A DNA stretch of 64,000 nt from Narcine bancroftii (Eukaryota). The notes beneath the pieces were generated by a model. The model did no database searches and was not told where the DNA came from. It saw nothing but the letters and a program-made list of their open reading frames with translations. The position numbers were made by a program, and so were the translations under genes. Of the stretch, positions 13,401-25,995 are shown piece by piece (positions within the stretch are counted from its first letter, which is position 1; each line of letters starts with the position of its first letter). Where the stretch lies: assembly GCF_036971445.1 (NCBI RefSeq), contig NC_091477.1:21638001-21702000 (forward strand). The letters are read 5' to 3'.

Positions 13401-16400
13401 ATACTTCTCCATGCCTGCACACATACTGGTGTGTATTAAACCAAGTCTCAGCACAAACTCATTGATACCATTCAATTCTTCAATTTTACTAAATGAAGAA
13501 TTACATTGAACGATGTGGGGCTTGATGAGTTTTTCCAGCACTTTTATGTCTTAATTACAATGATAGCATCTGCAGACCCTCTGGTTTCATTATTTTCATT
13601 TGCTGTTGGTCCATTTCCAAAAATATTTATTTGATACAGTTTAAAAAGCATGCACTAAAAAGTGTAACTTTAATTTTTTGCTCTTTGGATCATGAATTTT
13701 AAAATAAAATTGGAAAGTAACATAATTGAGCATAATCAGAATGGATTCATGAAATGGATAACATTCAATCTCTTTATCAAGTTCTTTGATGAAGTATCAC
13801 AGAGTAGATGAGGAACAAGAAAATACAATATATTTGAATTTTTAGAAGTCTTTCAACAAAGACTTTCAGAAATATAACTGGTGTGGAACTGGGAATGGAA
13901 TGGGAGTTGTTTAACTGAGATAAAGAAATAAATAGATCCTTCTCACATTAGCAGATTAACACCAGGCTCCCAACTGTTCAATGATTTGGTCGGGGAACCC
14001 CAACATCAAATTATTAGTTAGATTTTATCTTATTGGAGCTACTCATTGCCTGGAAATTACATAGCATGAACATTTGAACATACATAAACATTGTCTACAA
14101 TTGCTGAATGCAGACATGAATTTTGTTATTCTCAAAATGGTGGCAAATGCAATTGAACATTGTGCATCAAGTGACAATCCCACTTCTAATGTTATAATGG
14201 AAGGCAGGTTATGATGATGAAGCTGATGCCACAGCACTCTGAGAAACCCTGCAGTGACTTCTGAGGTTAAAGAATTCAACCTTTGGAATATTACTCCTTT
14301 ACTGCCCAATGGATCACTATTTGAACAAAACTCACCAATGTCATACTCTGTCAAATCCAGCCTTGGTCTCAATGGTCCACTTTGCAAATGAGGTCTGAAC
14401 CCCAAATGGCCCAGAAAGATCTCAAGTGGGCATTGGTGAGCTTCCCATTTCATAACACTGTCATGACACCAAATTTTTTGACATCTTCTTTGTGAACAGT
14501 ACCAACGTGGGAAAATGGTCATACAAGGAAACAAGTGCCATAGGTTCACTCAAACACCTGACCTAAAGGTGCAGCAAGTCTAGAGTATGGGTCTTTAGTA
14601 GAACTGCTAGATTCTTGCCCATTGCTTTACTGTACAATACACTCAACATTTTTTTCATGTCATGCAAACTGAATTTTGTAATGGTGGTGATCTTGGGAGG
14701 AACCCAAAATGAATAACTAGCTCAGCATTTTTAGATACACATAGTTGCAAATATTTCAGCCTTGTCTTTTGCCATCATACATTGAGCCCAGCATATTATA
14801 AGCTCCTCCTCCTTCAGCTATTTAAATTATTTATCATCATTCACAACCAAATGTGGTAGAATGCAGAGATGCACTGGATCAGATCCAGTGGTAATGGGAT
14901 TGCTTAGCCATGACTATTGTTGAACCAAGATTTGGCCAATTCAGTTAGTGGCAGTATTACAAAGCCACTCTTAATGGTGGACATTAGAGACTCCACCCAG
15001 TGTGCATTCTGGGCTACATCCCATGGATTCTTCCATTTTTAGTTCAACATGGAAGAGTATGGATTCATCAGCTGAGAGTGAGCATTTTGAGGTAATACAA
15101 AGGGCTTTCCTTGCCCACAACTGACTCAATGCCAAGATATTTCAGATTAACTATCAGATATGTTCAAAGAACTAAAATCCCACCTCTGATGACTATCCTG
15201 ATGGTTGGTAGGAAATATATACATATAATGTGATGGAGCCTGGCATTGTTGCCAATAAAATATGATTACAAGTAGTTCAGGCTATTGTTTGACTAGTTTG
15301 CATGACAGCTCTCCCAATTTGGATGCCAGTGCATTGATGCTTGTGACAAGGATTTCACAAGATCACCGAGCTGAGACCAACTTTGCAATGTCCAAATCTT
15401 GTGTCTAAACCAGCCATTCTCAACCATTTTTTTGGCTTTGGCTCCCTTAAAAGTCTGCTCAAAGTTTATGGGCCCTTCCCTGTGAAGCAGTCAAGTTTAG
15501 TTGGTTTCTCCGTTCTTCTCTCCTACCGGCTATATAAAAAATATTTTTTAAGATTCCAGTCCATAGACCACCTCCTGAAATGTGCTATGGCCCCCAGGGT
15601 GCCCACATGGCCCCGTTGAGAAATGGCTGGTCTTAATTGTTGAATTGAATGGATTTGTTTATTGTCATGTGTACAGAGATAGAGAAAAACTTTGTTTTGT
15701 GTACTATCCAGGTAAGTCAACCCATATATTAGTACAAGGTAATGCAAAATAAAACAATACATGAGTCGATCATCCAGTTTTATATTTTTCCTGTTAACTG
15801 AATCAACATAATGCCACAGAAAGGCTTACTATCATTGCTGTGGGTTTTGTTATTAAAGCTAGGAAATATAGAATATTAACCCTGGACCATAACCATCCTG
15901 TAGGTTTCATGTTCATAATATATTTTTTACATTTCAGATTATTAACTAAATTTAGCATGAAGGAAGACGTGAGGAAAATAGTTCAATTCCAGTGAAGAAA
16001 AAATACTGTAACGATCAGGCAGTGTGTTTTTTTTTCTCTCACAACTAATCCTACCAATCCTATTTTCTAAAAAAGTAATTGTATTAAAAGATGGATGATA
16101 TTTTCACTCTCCTCAGCACCAATACATGCCTACAACTTGCAAGTGAAAGCTGCACTGTTTAAAAATAAAACAATTTTGTACTACTGACTACATATTCACC
16201 TCAAACATTAAAGGATATTGGCATAACATTAGTAAGAAACAAATTTCACAGTAAATTTTCTTACAACAGCACTTACCAGTCCATTTTCTGACTTTGTTTT
16301 TAAATCCAGCTTGACTAAACCAAATCCTTTCAAGAGATCAAAGATAGATTTAAGATACTTAGTTATTTTTCTGATGTAAAATTTCAATTGGTTGCCTACA

Positions 16401-16824
16401 TAAATGCAGCATATTTAATAATTATAAATCAAAGTATATGTAATTAACACAATCACATACAGTTTAAGTAATGGCTCACAGGCAAGTTTGCAACATAGCC
16501 ACAATTTAAAAAGTAACATCTAAAGAAACAATTTCAGTGCATGGATTCATTCATCACAATTCAAGTGACATCAGCTCATAGCCCTCCTTCTCCGCAAAAA
16601 AAATCTCACGAACACCAAATTAATACAAACTTGTCTCAGCATGGTACCAAAAATGTAATGAAATGCAATAATCTTCCACGTTATAATAGTCCACATGCCA
16701 ATTCTTTGGACAGCAGCTGTTTCTAGTTCTGATAAATTGCATTTTTGAATTTCTTACCATAGCCTTTGGTGAAAACATCTCTGGCTGCTTTTCCAAGATC
16801 TGCATAAGTTGGTGGAACTGCCAT
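4387..16824 (-). CDS. VDAC1: Voltage-dependent anion channel, VDAC1-type; join(complement 16758-16824,16277-16326,12689-12841,12552-12604,11630-11857,5530-5680,5285-5342,4387-4478), 283 aa
   Basis: Eight GT-AG-bounded exons of 67/50/153/53/228/151/58/92 nt total 852 nt and splice in frame, from [23 protein letters not shown] to [18 protein letters not shown]1-type motifs: [30 protein letters not shown]73 is retained. Orthology versus a sister paralogue is not proven. Confidence 0.93.
5285..5342 (-). CDS. VDAC1: VDAC1 coding exon 7 ([19 protein letters not shown])
   Basis: 58-nt exon with AG and GTGAGT boundaries. Confidence 0.95.
5530..5680 (-). CDS. VDAC1: VDAC1 coding exon 6 ([13 protein letters not shown]...KIDDDATCS)
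   Basis: 151-nt exon, contained in ORF 5410..5715. Confidence 0.95.
6195..7192 (-). mobile_element. Solo LTR, family A, copy 1
   Basis: About 1 kb, homologous to 55971-56989; ends (A)GTTAC...GTCACA; flanks cgag/tgag consistent with a 4-bp TSD after CpG decay. Confidence 0.75.
7240..9060 (-). mobile_element. Degenerate L1/Tx1-like ORF1 region
   Basis: T-rich plus strand encoding K/E-rich coiled-coil-like fragments on the minus strand, with many stops. Confidence 0.5.
7682..7867. mobile_element. hAT-type MITE nested in an L1-like fragment
   Basis: Termini CAGGGGTTCTCAA / TTCGGAATCCCTG; 8-bp TSD ccctacga/ccctagga. Confidence 0.75.
9075..9290 (-). mobile_element. V-SINE-like element
   Basis: Homologous to 12205-12450. 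Confidence 0.65.
9370..9779. mobile_element. Probable hAT-type MITE
   Basis: Inverted ends AGGGGTCTC / GGGACCCCTG; weak 8-bp TSD. Confidence 0.5.
10014..10757 (-). mobile_element. Solo LTR, family A-related shorter variant
   Basis: Shares gaccccaaaa, cacagtccaatctcact and gaaacttgcccc blocks with the other copies; ends TGTTACA; no clear TSD. Confidence 0.65.
11013..11086. repeat. Inverted repeat, 25-bp perfect stem with 4-nt loop
   Basis: 11023-11047 is the exact reverse complement of 11052-11076. Confidence 0.95.
11630..11857 (-). CDS. VDAC1: VDAC1 coding exon 5 ([18 protein letters not shown]...DFQLHTNV)
   Basis: 228-nt exon, contained in ORF 11626..11877. Confidence 0.95.
12205..12450 (-). 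mobile_element. tRNA-derived V-SINE-like element
   Basis: Core tttgtacattctccctgtgtctgcgtggttttccctgggagc..tttcctcccac on the minus strand. Confidence 0.7.
12552..12604 (-). CDS. VDAC1: VDAC1 coding exon 4 ([18 protein letters not shown])
   Basis: 53-nt exon following an 84-nt intron; GTGAGT donor. Confidence 0.95.
12689..12841 (-). CDS. VDAC1: VDAC1 coding exon 3 ([51 protein letters not shown])
   Basis: 153-nt exon with canonical splice sites. Confidence 0.95.
12920..13120 (+). mobile_element. V-SINE-like element
   Basis: ggttcaaacc B-box, core, tail atgtctaaatttaaaatt. Confidence 0.65.
14040..15400 (-). mobile_element. Highly degenerate non-LTR element (APE endonuclease region)
   Basis: Minus-strand [11 protein letters not shown] and AQNAHWV..NVHH-like peptides. 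Confidence 0.4.
15411..15629. mobile_element. hAT-type MITE
   Basis: Termini CAGCCATTCTCAAC / GTTGAGAAATGGCTG; TSD gtctaaac/gtcttaat. Confidence 0.7.
16277..16326 (-). CDS. VDAC1: VDAC1 coding exon 2 ([17 protein letters not shown])
   Basis: 50-nt exon with AG and GTAAGT boundaries, in frame. Confidence 0.95.
16758..16824 (-). CDS. VDAC1: VDAC1 first coding exon ([22 protein letters not shown])
   Basis: AG acceptor at 16830-16831, 5 nt of UTR (GTAAA), ATG at 16824, GTAAG donor after 16758. Confidence 0.95.
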
Positions 16825-17749
16825 TTTACCTGAAGAAGGAACACAGTGAAGGTCATCTGAATTACCATTGTCCAACAATGTTATTTATGATTTGCCATCA
16901 CAATTGACACTTCCTTAAAACATTACATCACAGCCTGTCCAAAATAATCCAGATCTTAGAAAAAAGGCTGTGACGACAGCGCTGCCACTGATGCACACCT
17001 GGTAGTGTGGGGAGCAGAGACACACAGCTGCTCTGCAGGGTTCTACCATCTGGTCCTAATGCATGGCTCCGTACAGGCTTGTTAAAGAATCAAAGGTGTT
17101 TTTTTCCTTTAAATCCTACAACCACAGGAGTCTGTGTTCATGGTAGCATTGCCTGCATACCACAAGGAGTTGCAGACTGTGAGGGAGCAGTGGACCAGAG
17201 TAAAGCACCATAAACTGGGAACGCCCCCACCCCCTTTGATAATGAGAAGCAGAGGAGAAAAGCCTACAGGACAGTAACCACAACTGCAGATCAGTGAGGG
17301 GCTCACAGGCTGCGGGTTTTAGGCGGCTTGCATTCAAAGGACTCACACAGGGTGTGGACTGCTGGAGAGTGACTTGTGGGAACCAACGATCAGACTGGAT
17401 TTGAGAGGGTGTTGAAGGTCAGAAGGACTTCCGAAGAGCCTCAAGCGCTGAAGGCTTCCTAATCGTATCAGATGTTTGAATCTGGAGATCAGGCTGCTAA
17501 TGATTTGAACCAGAGTCTGTGCAGCTGCAGGAGCACTGAACACTCTGGCTCACTTTTGCTTCTCTTTCTAGCATTAGAAGCGCCGAGCAATGCTCATGGC
17601 GACTCTTTGTTTGACCTTTGAGATCAACAATATCCCAAAACCATAAAAAGATGGTTACCATAACATTTCAATTATATTTGTAACACTAATATACATTTGC
17701 CAGCAAATTGATAGTGTCCTATTACAGCTTTCCCTAGTGTATCATATGA

Positions 17750-18109
17750 TAGTTCCCAGGTTAAAAACAAGTTCTGTTACCTAGGTCTGTCTTTAATTCG
17801 AATTTGTATTTAAGACAGAACAAGTACATATGGTCCTTATTTAGCATCAGTTAGTCAAATATTTATCACATATAGTATATATTTTACCTTTCTATGTATG
17901 CAAAACATTTAAGAAACACTTCCAAATACACTACATCTTAAACAAGTTGGGCTCCCAGCAGGAGCGGGGACATTGGACTCCCGGAAGGTGATGCTGACTC
18001 GACTATGCTTGAACCGGAAGTTGACCACATTCTACTTCCGGCAAGCTTGTCGGTTTGTAAGTACGAGTTGTTCGTAAATTAGACATTTTTAACCCAGGGA
18101 CTGCCTGTA
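17750..18109. mobile_element. Tc1/mariner (Tigger-like) non-autonomous element
   Basis: Ends ttcccaggttaaaaa and tttttaacccagggactgcctgTA. Confidence 0.5.
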
Positions 18110-21100
18110 CATCTTTTGCAAATGACTATTTTTTTAATGATTGTTACAAATTAATTGCATATTACCTCATTCAATGTGAACAATAAAGTATATTAATTCA
18201 TGTTATCCATTTTCCCCATTATACTGCAAGAACAATCAAGAAATGTCAAAGCTATTTAAAAAAAAATTCATATCCATATCCAAAAACAACTTGCTGCATT
18301 GATGCAAAGACTAAATGCAGTCTTACAGATCAAATTCAAACTAGTTTTCCCCTGTGCATGGCTAATGCTGCGAGGTAGAACTGGATTTCAAGCTTCAAGA
18401 GCATTATCGATGGCTTTAATGGAGTTTTGTGAGCTTAATTACAATGTTTAATCATCTCCAGTCCCCACATGTTATCAACCAAAAGTAATTTCTTTAATTT
18501 CAACACAACTTCCATTTGCCCCAACCTCAATCATTGTCCATATTTTTCAGCTCAACTTCTCCAAAATCCTCTTTCATCCTTGACGAAGAATACCTCTCCA
18601 CCCTCTAAGGTTTTGATAGCTTCTCCAGCATTTAGAAACCATTGAAATCAAGGTTTTTTTTAAACTTTGTCTTATCCAACTTTAGCAACATCTTGCTGTT
18701 GTGTATTCTTGCACACCCTCAAGAATGACATCAACTATCTATTTAGTCCACATGTTCCAATATCAATGGCCTTGACTTTTATAATTCATTCTATAAATTT
18801 ATTTATTTATTTTACCCCCCCCCCCCCCCCCGACTTTTGTCATTGTGTCCGCATCATCTGGAATTCTCAAAATCCAGAATTAATGTTTTTCTTAACATTC
18901 TCCTCAAAGGTCTCACATTGAGCAAATTTGCTTATGACTAGTCTAATTCGAGCCACATTTTATAAAAAAATAGGATATTATAATAGGAAATTCAAAGTGG
19001 CAATAAGAGCCTGCTGAATGCAAGATTAGTAATAAACAGAACAGTATCAAGCTTTTCACAATGGACTAGTGAACCATCTAATGCATGTTTTTTTTTCCTC
19101 TGTTGAAATTTTTAACTAAAATAGTGCAAGCATTTTGCAAACAAACACACCTTAATCACCAGCATGTTGTAGATATAGCTCCAGGCAAAACCAATCCATT
19201 GCAAACTAGCAGAATCATTAGATTTATTCATCAACGATCATTGTAAATTTCACTGTCCACCATAGAGGGACCCTCCACACCAGATCATATAAAAATTGTT
19301 CTCATTTTGATTTGTAATGTAGAAACAAAATGTTAGTGTCATAATTGGATATTTTTTGCTTCAAAAATTTGATTTGTCAGTTAGGAAATCTACATAAGAA
19401 AAAACACAAATGCTGGAGAAACTCAGCAGGTTAAACATTGCCTTTATTTGTGTTTTTTTCACTTAACCATAGTGTCAACAGGAAATCTACATTAGTCATT
19501 ACTACTTAAGAGAATTGTCATCTTTTACCTTTATAGTCTCAGAATGTAAAAAAGGCCATGAGATATATAAAGACAACAACTCAGTTTTCCCTTCATATCC
19601 TTGCACAATTTCAGGTTTAATTCCATCTCTCAGATGGAAAATTAAATCAAGATTTTGTTTGCCTTCTCTGGCAGTCATCCAATATTCCATGACACTTCGA
19701 TATATCGGTTTGTAGCCAGTAATAATCCTGGCACTGACCAGAAAGCAAATTATCTGCCTGAATTTAACATTGGCTTAGAGTAGAATACCACTCTCTGAGA
19801 TGAAAAGCATATTCTTTGGAAAAACACATGCATTTTATCTTAAATCTGAAATTAATAGCACAATAATATTGGTACAATAATGGTTATTTTACTAGAATAG
19901 AATTAGTCTGATCCAGTGGTTCTCAGTCTAATAATCCAGAGAGAATGAAAATTCAAGTAACACTCAGTAGTTTGAGAATATAATTTCATATTAAAATAAA
20001 GTATGACTGCTTTAGTCATGTCTTCAGTGAAGAAATGTTGCTGTTCTCCTCGGAATTCCAAACCCACACAAACATAATTGTCTTCTTCTTAAAGTGGCCT
20101 AGCAAGTTACCCATGTGAGTCAAAATGCAAGCAATAGTTCAAGGGCACACCATCAGGTCAACCAAGAATGGGAAACAATGCTAACCTAGTTTGTGACAAC
20201 AATATTCAAGATTGTAAAAGCTAATTCAATATTACCATCCTCTAAAAGTACAGATGTGGCTCATAATACTATTCAACTGAGATAATGGTAACAAGAGCAT
20301 ATCTAATCAAAAGTATAAAAATTAAAATTGTACTGCAATATTTTACCATCCATTTTTCCTGCAAAACAAATATGTTGAAGGATACAAATACACAAAACTA
20401 ATATTTTAATCTATTCATGAATAATGATTTTGTACTGGGCAATGAACCAACAAACCATTATCTCCTAATTTAATCAATCGCTTTTAAATCTCAGAATAAA
20501 GAGCATCTTGCCATTGTAAATATACAGAATGCAGGGTTCACTCTCTAATATTGTCTCATGTTAGGTAAGCCTAAAAAAAATTGTGAATATGTGAAGAGAT
20601 ATTTACCTCTGCTGAGATTCTCTACTTCTATTCAATTTGAAGAGACTTGGGACCTTTTCATAAATTATTTTCACATGACTTAGTATAATTATTTTCCCTT
20701 CGGGGCTATATTTAATTTTACTTCCTTTCTCTTGACCAAATGATTATTTTTTATTAATAAATTATCAGGATAGCCTGCCCAGTCTTTTTCTTTTCTTTTT
20801 TTCTTCGATTAGGTGGGTTTTATATCATAATTTTTTTTTGACGATTTCAGTTTGAGATGAGAACATATTTGTGGTGGAATGCAGTGTTATATATGATGTC
20901 ATATAGTGATTTTTTTTCCCCTTTTTGATTATGTACTCCTATTCTCCTTGTGTATTATTTACATATATGATTAATAAAAAGATTGAAAAAGAAAGATTCT
21001 CTATGTCAAAGTTTCACATTGAAACTTTATCTAGAGGACTTTATCTAAAGTTATCTAGAGGACCCACTATCCCTGACAACACAATGAAGCTGCTATTCAG

Positions 21101-21431
21101 TAACCTTACAAATAAAGGCCTCATCATACTGACAATAAGTTCTAGTTAAATGCTTCTGTACCAGAAATTAGAGACTTCATCAGAAGTCACTAACAGAGAG
21201 AGAGACTGGGTGACACAACTAGTAGATCCACTGCATCTGAGCCCCAAAGACCCAGGTGACCAATCCTGAGCTTGTCACAGAACTGTTGTGGAAACTGCAC
21301 ATCTCCTCTGGATGTTCCAGTCCCCCCCCCCCCCCCCCATTCCAAAGGCACACTAAATTGACTACTCCAAATTGCCCTTAATGTGTGAGTGAGTGGCAGA
21401 GTCTGCAGGAGTTGGATGGAGCAGAGGGAGA

Positions 21432-21752
21432 AGGGGGTGAACTATGGGCTCAGTGTCAGGGGGTGAACTATGGGCTCAGTGTCAGGGGGTGAACTATGGG
21501 CTCAGTGTCAGGGGGTGAACTATGGGCTCAGTGTCAGGGGGTGAACTATGGGCTCAGTGTCAGGGGGTGAACTATGGGCTCAGTGTCAGGGGGTGAACTA
21601 TGGGCTCAGTGTCAGGGGGTGAACTATGGGCTCAGTGTCAGGGGGTGAACTATGGGCTCAGTGTCAGGGGGTGAACTATGGGCTCAGTGTCAGGGGGTGA
21701 ACTATGGGCTCAGTGTCAGGGGGTGAACTATGGGCTCAGTGTCAGGGGGTGA
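21432..21752. repeat. Minisatellite, 12.3 x 26 bp AGGGGGTGAACTATGGGCTCAGTGTC
   Basis: Twelve identical copies plus a partial one in the probable VDAC1 intron 1. Confidence 0.97.
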
Positions 21753-22049
21753 CTCTGGCAAGCCAAAGGGCCTGCTTTGACTCTCTGACCAATGCAGATC
21801 TCTCACTGTAATACAATCGTCAAAAGATTATTCACCCTCGTGTAGAAAAGAGGAATATTAAATATGCATGGTAAATAGTCTTTATATTTAAAAAAAATTG
21901 AAGACTTCAACCTCTGATAAACATACAACTTGCTCATTCCAAGCTGAAATGGCCTGACATTCAAAGCCCCCCCTCTGTGGGGGGGGGGGGGGGGGGGAGA
22001 AAGACCAAAATAACACAAACACATTCTAAATTATTAATCTCATCAGGGT

Positions 22050-22760
22050 AAAGACGGGCGTGTTCTCGCAAATTCAATCACGCTCAAGGTGACGAAGCCG
22101 TTGCCAACGTCCCAACTTTCGTCCGGAAAGGTCATTCGCTCGCCGCCATCCTCCCGACCTCACCGGGCCGAACCCTGCTCCAAACGGTGCGATCAGAGCC
22201 GCCCACCGCCTTCCTCTTGAACAGATGGAGCAGGAGCAGGAGATCAGTCACCGGGGTAAATGGCCAGACACGTTTTCCCCTCCTGACTCACGGTCCTGGC
22301 CACAAAAAAAATCTAATCCCCTGGAAGAGATACGTTCTTTTACATTAAATGTTCCTTTTGACTGTCGTGTGGGGGGGGGGGGGGGATGAGGAGGGGAAGT
22401 GGGGGGGGGGGGGAAGGTGATACGTACCCACTCGAGTGATCCAGACAGACCGCGACTCTCCCTCCCGCCGACCTCCACTCAGCAGCACGCCCCGGCAGGG
22501 CCAGCAAGGGCGCAGGCGCGAGAAGGTGAGCGGTCGCGGCCGCAGTGACGTCACGGCCGCGCGAACACGTCGGTGGCGGGCCCGACGAGCCGCACGCGCC
22601 CCTCAGCTGGGTCCCAGCCGCCTGCCAATCGGGCGCCGCGAGGGGCGGTCGCCTTCCATCTTCCAAGGTGGGTCGTCTCCGCGGAGGACTCAGGGCGACG
22701 GCTGCCAGAGAGACGCATCCGGCAAGAACGCGGCTTGGCAGTGTGAAACGGGCGAAGTCG
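22050..22760 (-). promoter_or_regulatory. VDAC1: CpG island, VDAC1 promoter and probable non-coding exon 1 (donor GG|GTACGT after 22428)
   Basis: Sharp GC/CpG-rich island upstream of an acceptor-led first coding exon. CRE TGACGTCA at 22546-22553, CCAAT at 22625-22629, GC box GGGGCGG at 22642-22648. Confidence 0.75.
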
Positions 22761-24009
22761 ACATGAGGAAATGTTGCCTTTCAGATGCATGGTTCTGCTG
22801 GTTCCAATGGGGTGCCTTGAGGTTGTGGGGGAGCATTAGCCCTGGCCATGAAGTTCCCACTATCAGATTCAACAGTGATCCCTAATAAATATTAGACCCT
22901 GAGTCAAAATTGTGTTTAGGGTAAATGCAGTAACTTCAGACCAATGGGTTTGCAGGGTGGCAGGGAAGATTGGAGAATCAGTGACCATGGACAGAAGTTG
23001 AAGGTACTTGGGTCAGTAAAATTAATTAGAAAAAGCCAACATGGATCTACTAATGTCAGAGCACGTCTAACCCCCTTGGTTGTTTTACTTTGGGCAAGTC
23101 GTACAGAGGAGCAGAGAATGAAGTATGTTTGATGTGAAACACATAGATTGCCAAAGTTAATAAGCAGCCACATAATAGAGTTATCATCCAGTCCAGTTTA
23201 TTGTCATCTGATTGTAACCCAACAAAACCGTGTTCTCCGGTGCAAAACATGCAGACACACAACCTGCCATAACACACGTACATACAGACAAACAATACAT
23301 ATGCAAGAAAAGTATTTCATCTATACGAATAAATAAATATTGCTTTGTGGATATGAGAGTCTCGGATTGATAGTGCAAGCAGTTCCTTTGGTTGTTCAGC
23401 ATTCTCACTGCCTGTGGGAAGAAGCTGTACCTCAGCCTAGCGGTGCTGAATCTGATACTCCTTTATCTCCTCCCTAATGAGTGCAGGTCAAAGATGCTGT
23501 GTGCAGGTTGGAAGGGGTCCTCAGTGATTTTGTGTGCCTTCTTCATGTCAATGGGGAGGGGAAGGGAGACTCCAGTGATCCTCTTTACCACTCTTATGCT
23601 TCTGTGGATTAACCTCTGATCCATTTATCTGCAGAAACCATGCCACACTGTGATGCACCTGACGAGATCATCATGAATCAGGATGGAAAGATAATTGGCC
23701 AAGTAACAAGAAACAGAGAATAGCAGCGACAGTTTTTCTCAGACAGGGGGAAAGTATACAGAAGACATTCCCAGAAATCAGTCCACTTAATTTCTCAATG
23801 TACAGGAAGTCCTGGATTATGTCATAGTTCTGAGAACTGTCTATAAGGAAATTTAGTCAGAATTTTTTTGTAGTAACACGTACCATATTGCTGAACACAC
23901 CCTTTTTGTAATTATTTTTATTTCATTGAATAATCTTGCTACATATTCAATATCAGTCATTAACAAATTCTATGAAACTTTATTATTGGCTTGAAAATAT
24001 TTTCAATAT

Positions 24010-24314
24010 ATGGGGAGGTGTGTGTGCTCTGTGATTAGTAAGGGATTGCTTAAGTGGGAAGGGAAGGTTGAAAATCACTGCTGTAGCCCTAATTGTTATT
24101 GAAATATTTGCTTGAAAAAAATTGTCATTGGCCAATTTCCTTTGGCGTAATGAAACAGTGTACATAATGAGTCAATTCGAACGTTTAAAGTGGTGATTCT
24201 CAACCTTTTTTTCCACCCACATGCCACCTTAAGCAATCCTTTACTGATCACAGAGCACCTATGGTATAGGGAATACATGGTATGTGAGTGGAAAGAAAAA
24301 GGTTAAGAACCACT
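24010..24314. mobile_element. Adjacent hAT-like MITE pieces sharing an inverted block
   Basis: gtgctctgtgattagtaagggattgcttaag versus cttaagcaatcctttactgatcacagagcac; ttctcaacc/ggttaagaaccact ends. Confidence 0.5.
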
Positions 24315-24319
24315 ACTCT

Positions 24320-24625
24320 AGAGAGAGGAAGAGGTTGAGCAGGCTAGGGCTTTATTTATTAGAGTACAGGAACATGAGGGGAGTTCTCTTGGAGGTGTAC
24401 AAAATCCTGAGAGGAATAGATTGGATGCATGCACAGGGCCTTTTCCCCAGAACACGGGAATCAAAACCAGAGGACAAATGATTAAGGTGAGGGAAGGGAG
24501 ATTTAATAGGAGCCTAAGGGATAACTTTTTTACACAGGCAGGTACTATTGTAACATTTAAGAAACATTTAGAGAGAGACATGAATAAGATAGGTTTAGAG
24601 TGATATGGGCCAAAACAGGCAGGTG
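24320..24625 (+). mobile_element. CR1 3' fragment (similar fragments at 10975-11450 and 47570-48040)
   Basis: RLSRLGLYLLEYRNMRGVLLEVYKILRGID. Confidence 0.7.
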
Positions 24626-25319
24626 GGTTCTGCCTGATACCACAACTCATTGTCATTGCAAATGTAACCACCCTAAGATCACAATGGCGTGAAAAAACAT
24701 AATCGTACCCATAATGTAACACATCATGTTACTGTTGTTGTCTTTATCCATTTTATTGGACTTTACCTGTACTGTATTTGGTAGCTGAAAGCTGCACCAT
24801 AATAACTTGAGATCCTTTGTGCTTCCTGTGAGAATGTTTTGATTTTTGAGTTTCTAAACAAAAGTAATATTGTGGAACCTTTCTTGTTGGTTGTCCTCTT
24901 CTTGTTAAAATATTTTCCAACAGAACATAAAGCAACAAATATAATTTGTTTTGAAATGGCTGAAATAGATTTTTTTTTAATCTGCCTGTTGCTGATCCAC
25001 TTTTTAGTATATCCTGCCTTCCGATTCAACAGGAAAAATAATAGAAAAGGGGATATTAAATTCAAACTGAATTCTTCTGTCAATCAAAACACTTCAAAAT
25101 GCAATATTGATAAGTAAGTAAATCTTTTGCCTTATCGACTCCAAAAACATAAAAGAATAGCTTCTGCCAGAAATAAAACCAGAAAATACTCAGAATGCTC
25201 AGCAGGTCAGGCAGCATCTTTGGTGTGAGCAACACACTTAATGTTTCAAATGTCTATTCTCTCTTTCTCAGTTGATGTCCTAAATGCCAGCAAAATCCAA
25301 GGAGCTGGTTTATATGGCT

Positions 25320-25995
25320 CCAAAGAAGGGTGGAACTTAATTGTCTCTCTATGTCAATAGTCCTGAGGCGGAAACAGTATATTGTCTTAAAATTTTAGGG
25401 GTAAATATCTCCAACAACCTGTCCAAAAAAGCACAACAGTGTCTCTAATTCCTCAGAAGTTTGAGAAAATTCAGAATATCACCTCCATCCCTAAATATCT
25501 TCCACAGATGTGTGATCTAAAATATCAAGTCAAGATGCCTCACTGTTTGGTACAAGAACTGTTTTGCCCAAGATCACAAGAAACTGCAGAGAGTTGTGAA
25601 CACAAATCAGACCATCACACAATTTTGCATCCGCTCTATTGACTCCATCTATATTTCCCACTGCCTTGGAATAGCATCCAATCTATTAAAAGACATATCC
25701 AAACCTGGTCATTCTCTCTTCTCCCTCCTGCCATTGAGAAGTAGATTCATGAATGTGAGATCACACACTACCAAATACAAGGACAGTTTTTTTTCCAGTC
25801 AATATCAGAGTTTTGAATGAACTTCACACCAGTAAAATAATTCTGCCTTTGCTCTTTATTCTAATTGGTCTCTCTCTGCAACTCTGAACTTGGTATTGTG
25901 ATACTACTGTACTATGCATGGGTTGACAAGCTGGATGACTCAAAAGACAAGCCTTCTTATTGTAGCTTGGGTAAATGTAACAATAAACCTGAACT
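25320..25995 (+). mobile_element. L2/Rex-like LINE 3' fragment (related reverse copies at 23180-23660 and 32440-33030)
   Basis: LKDISKPGHSLFSLLP..RSHTTKYKDSFF; tail aataaacctgaacttgaa. Confidence 0.6.

Noticed and set aside
22248-22885. Several overlapping ORFs in the CpG island
   Set aside because: Stop-poor GC-rich promoter DNA; no recognisable protein.
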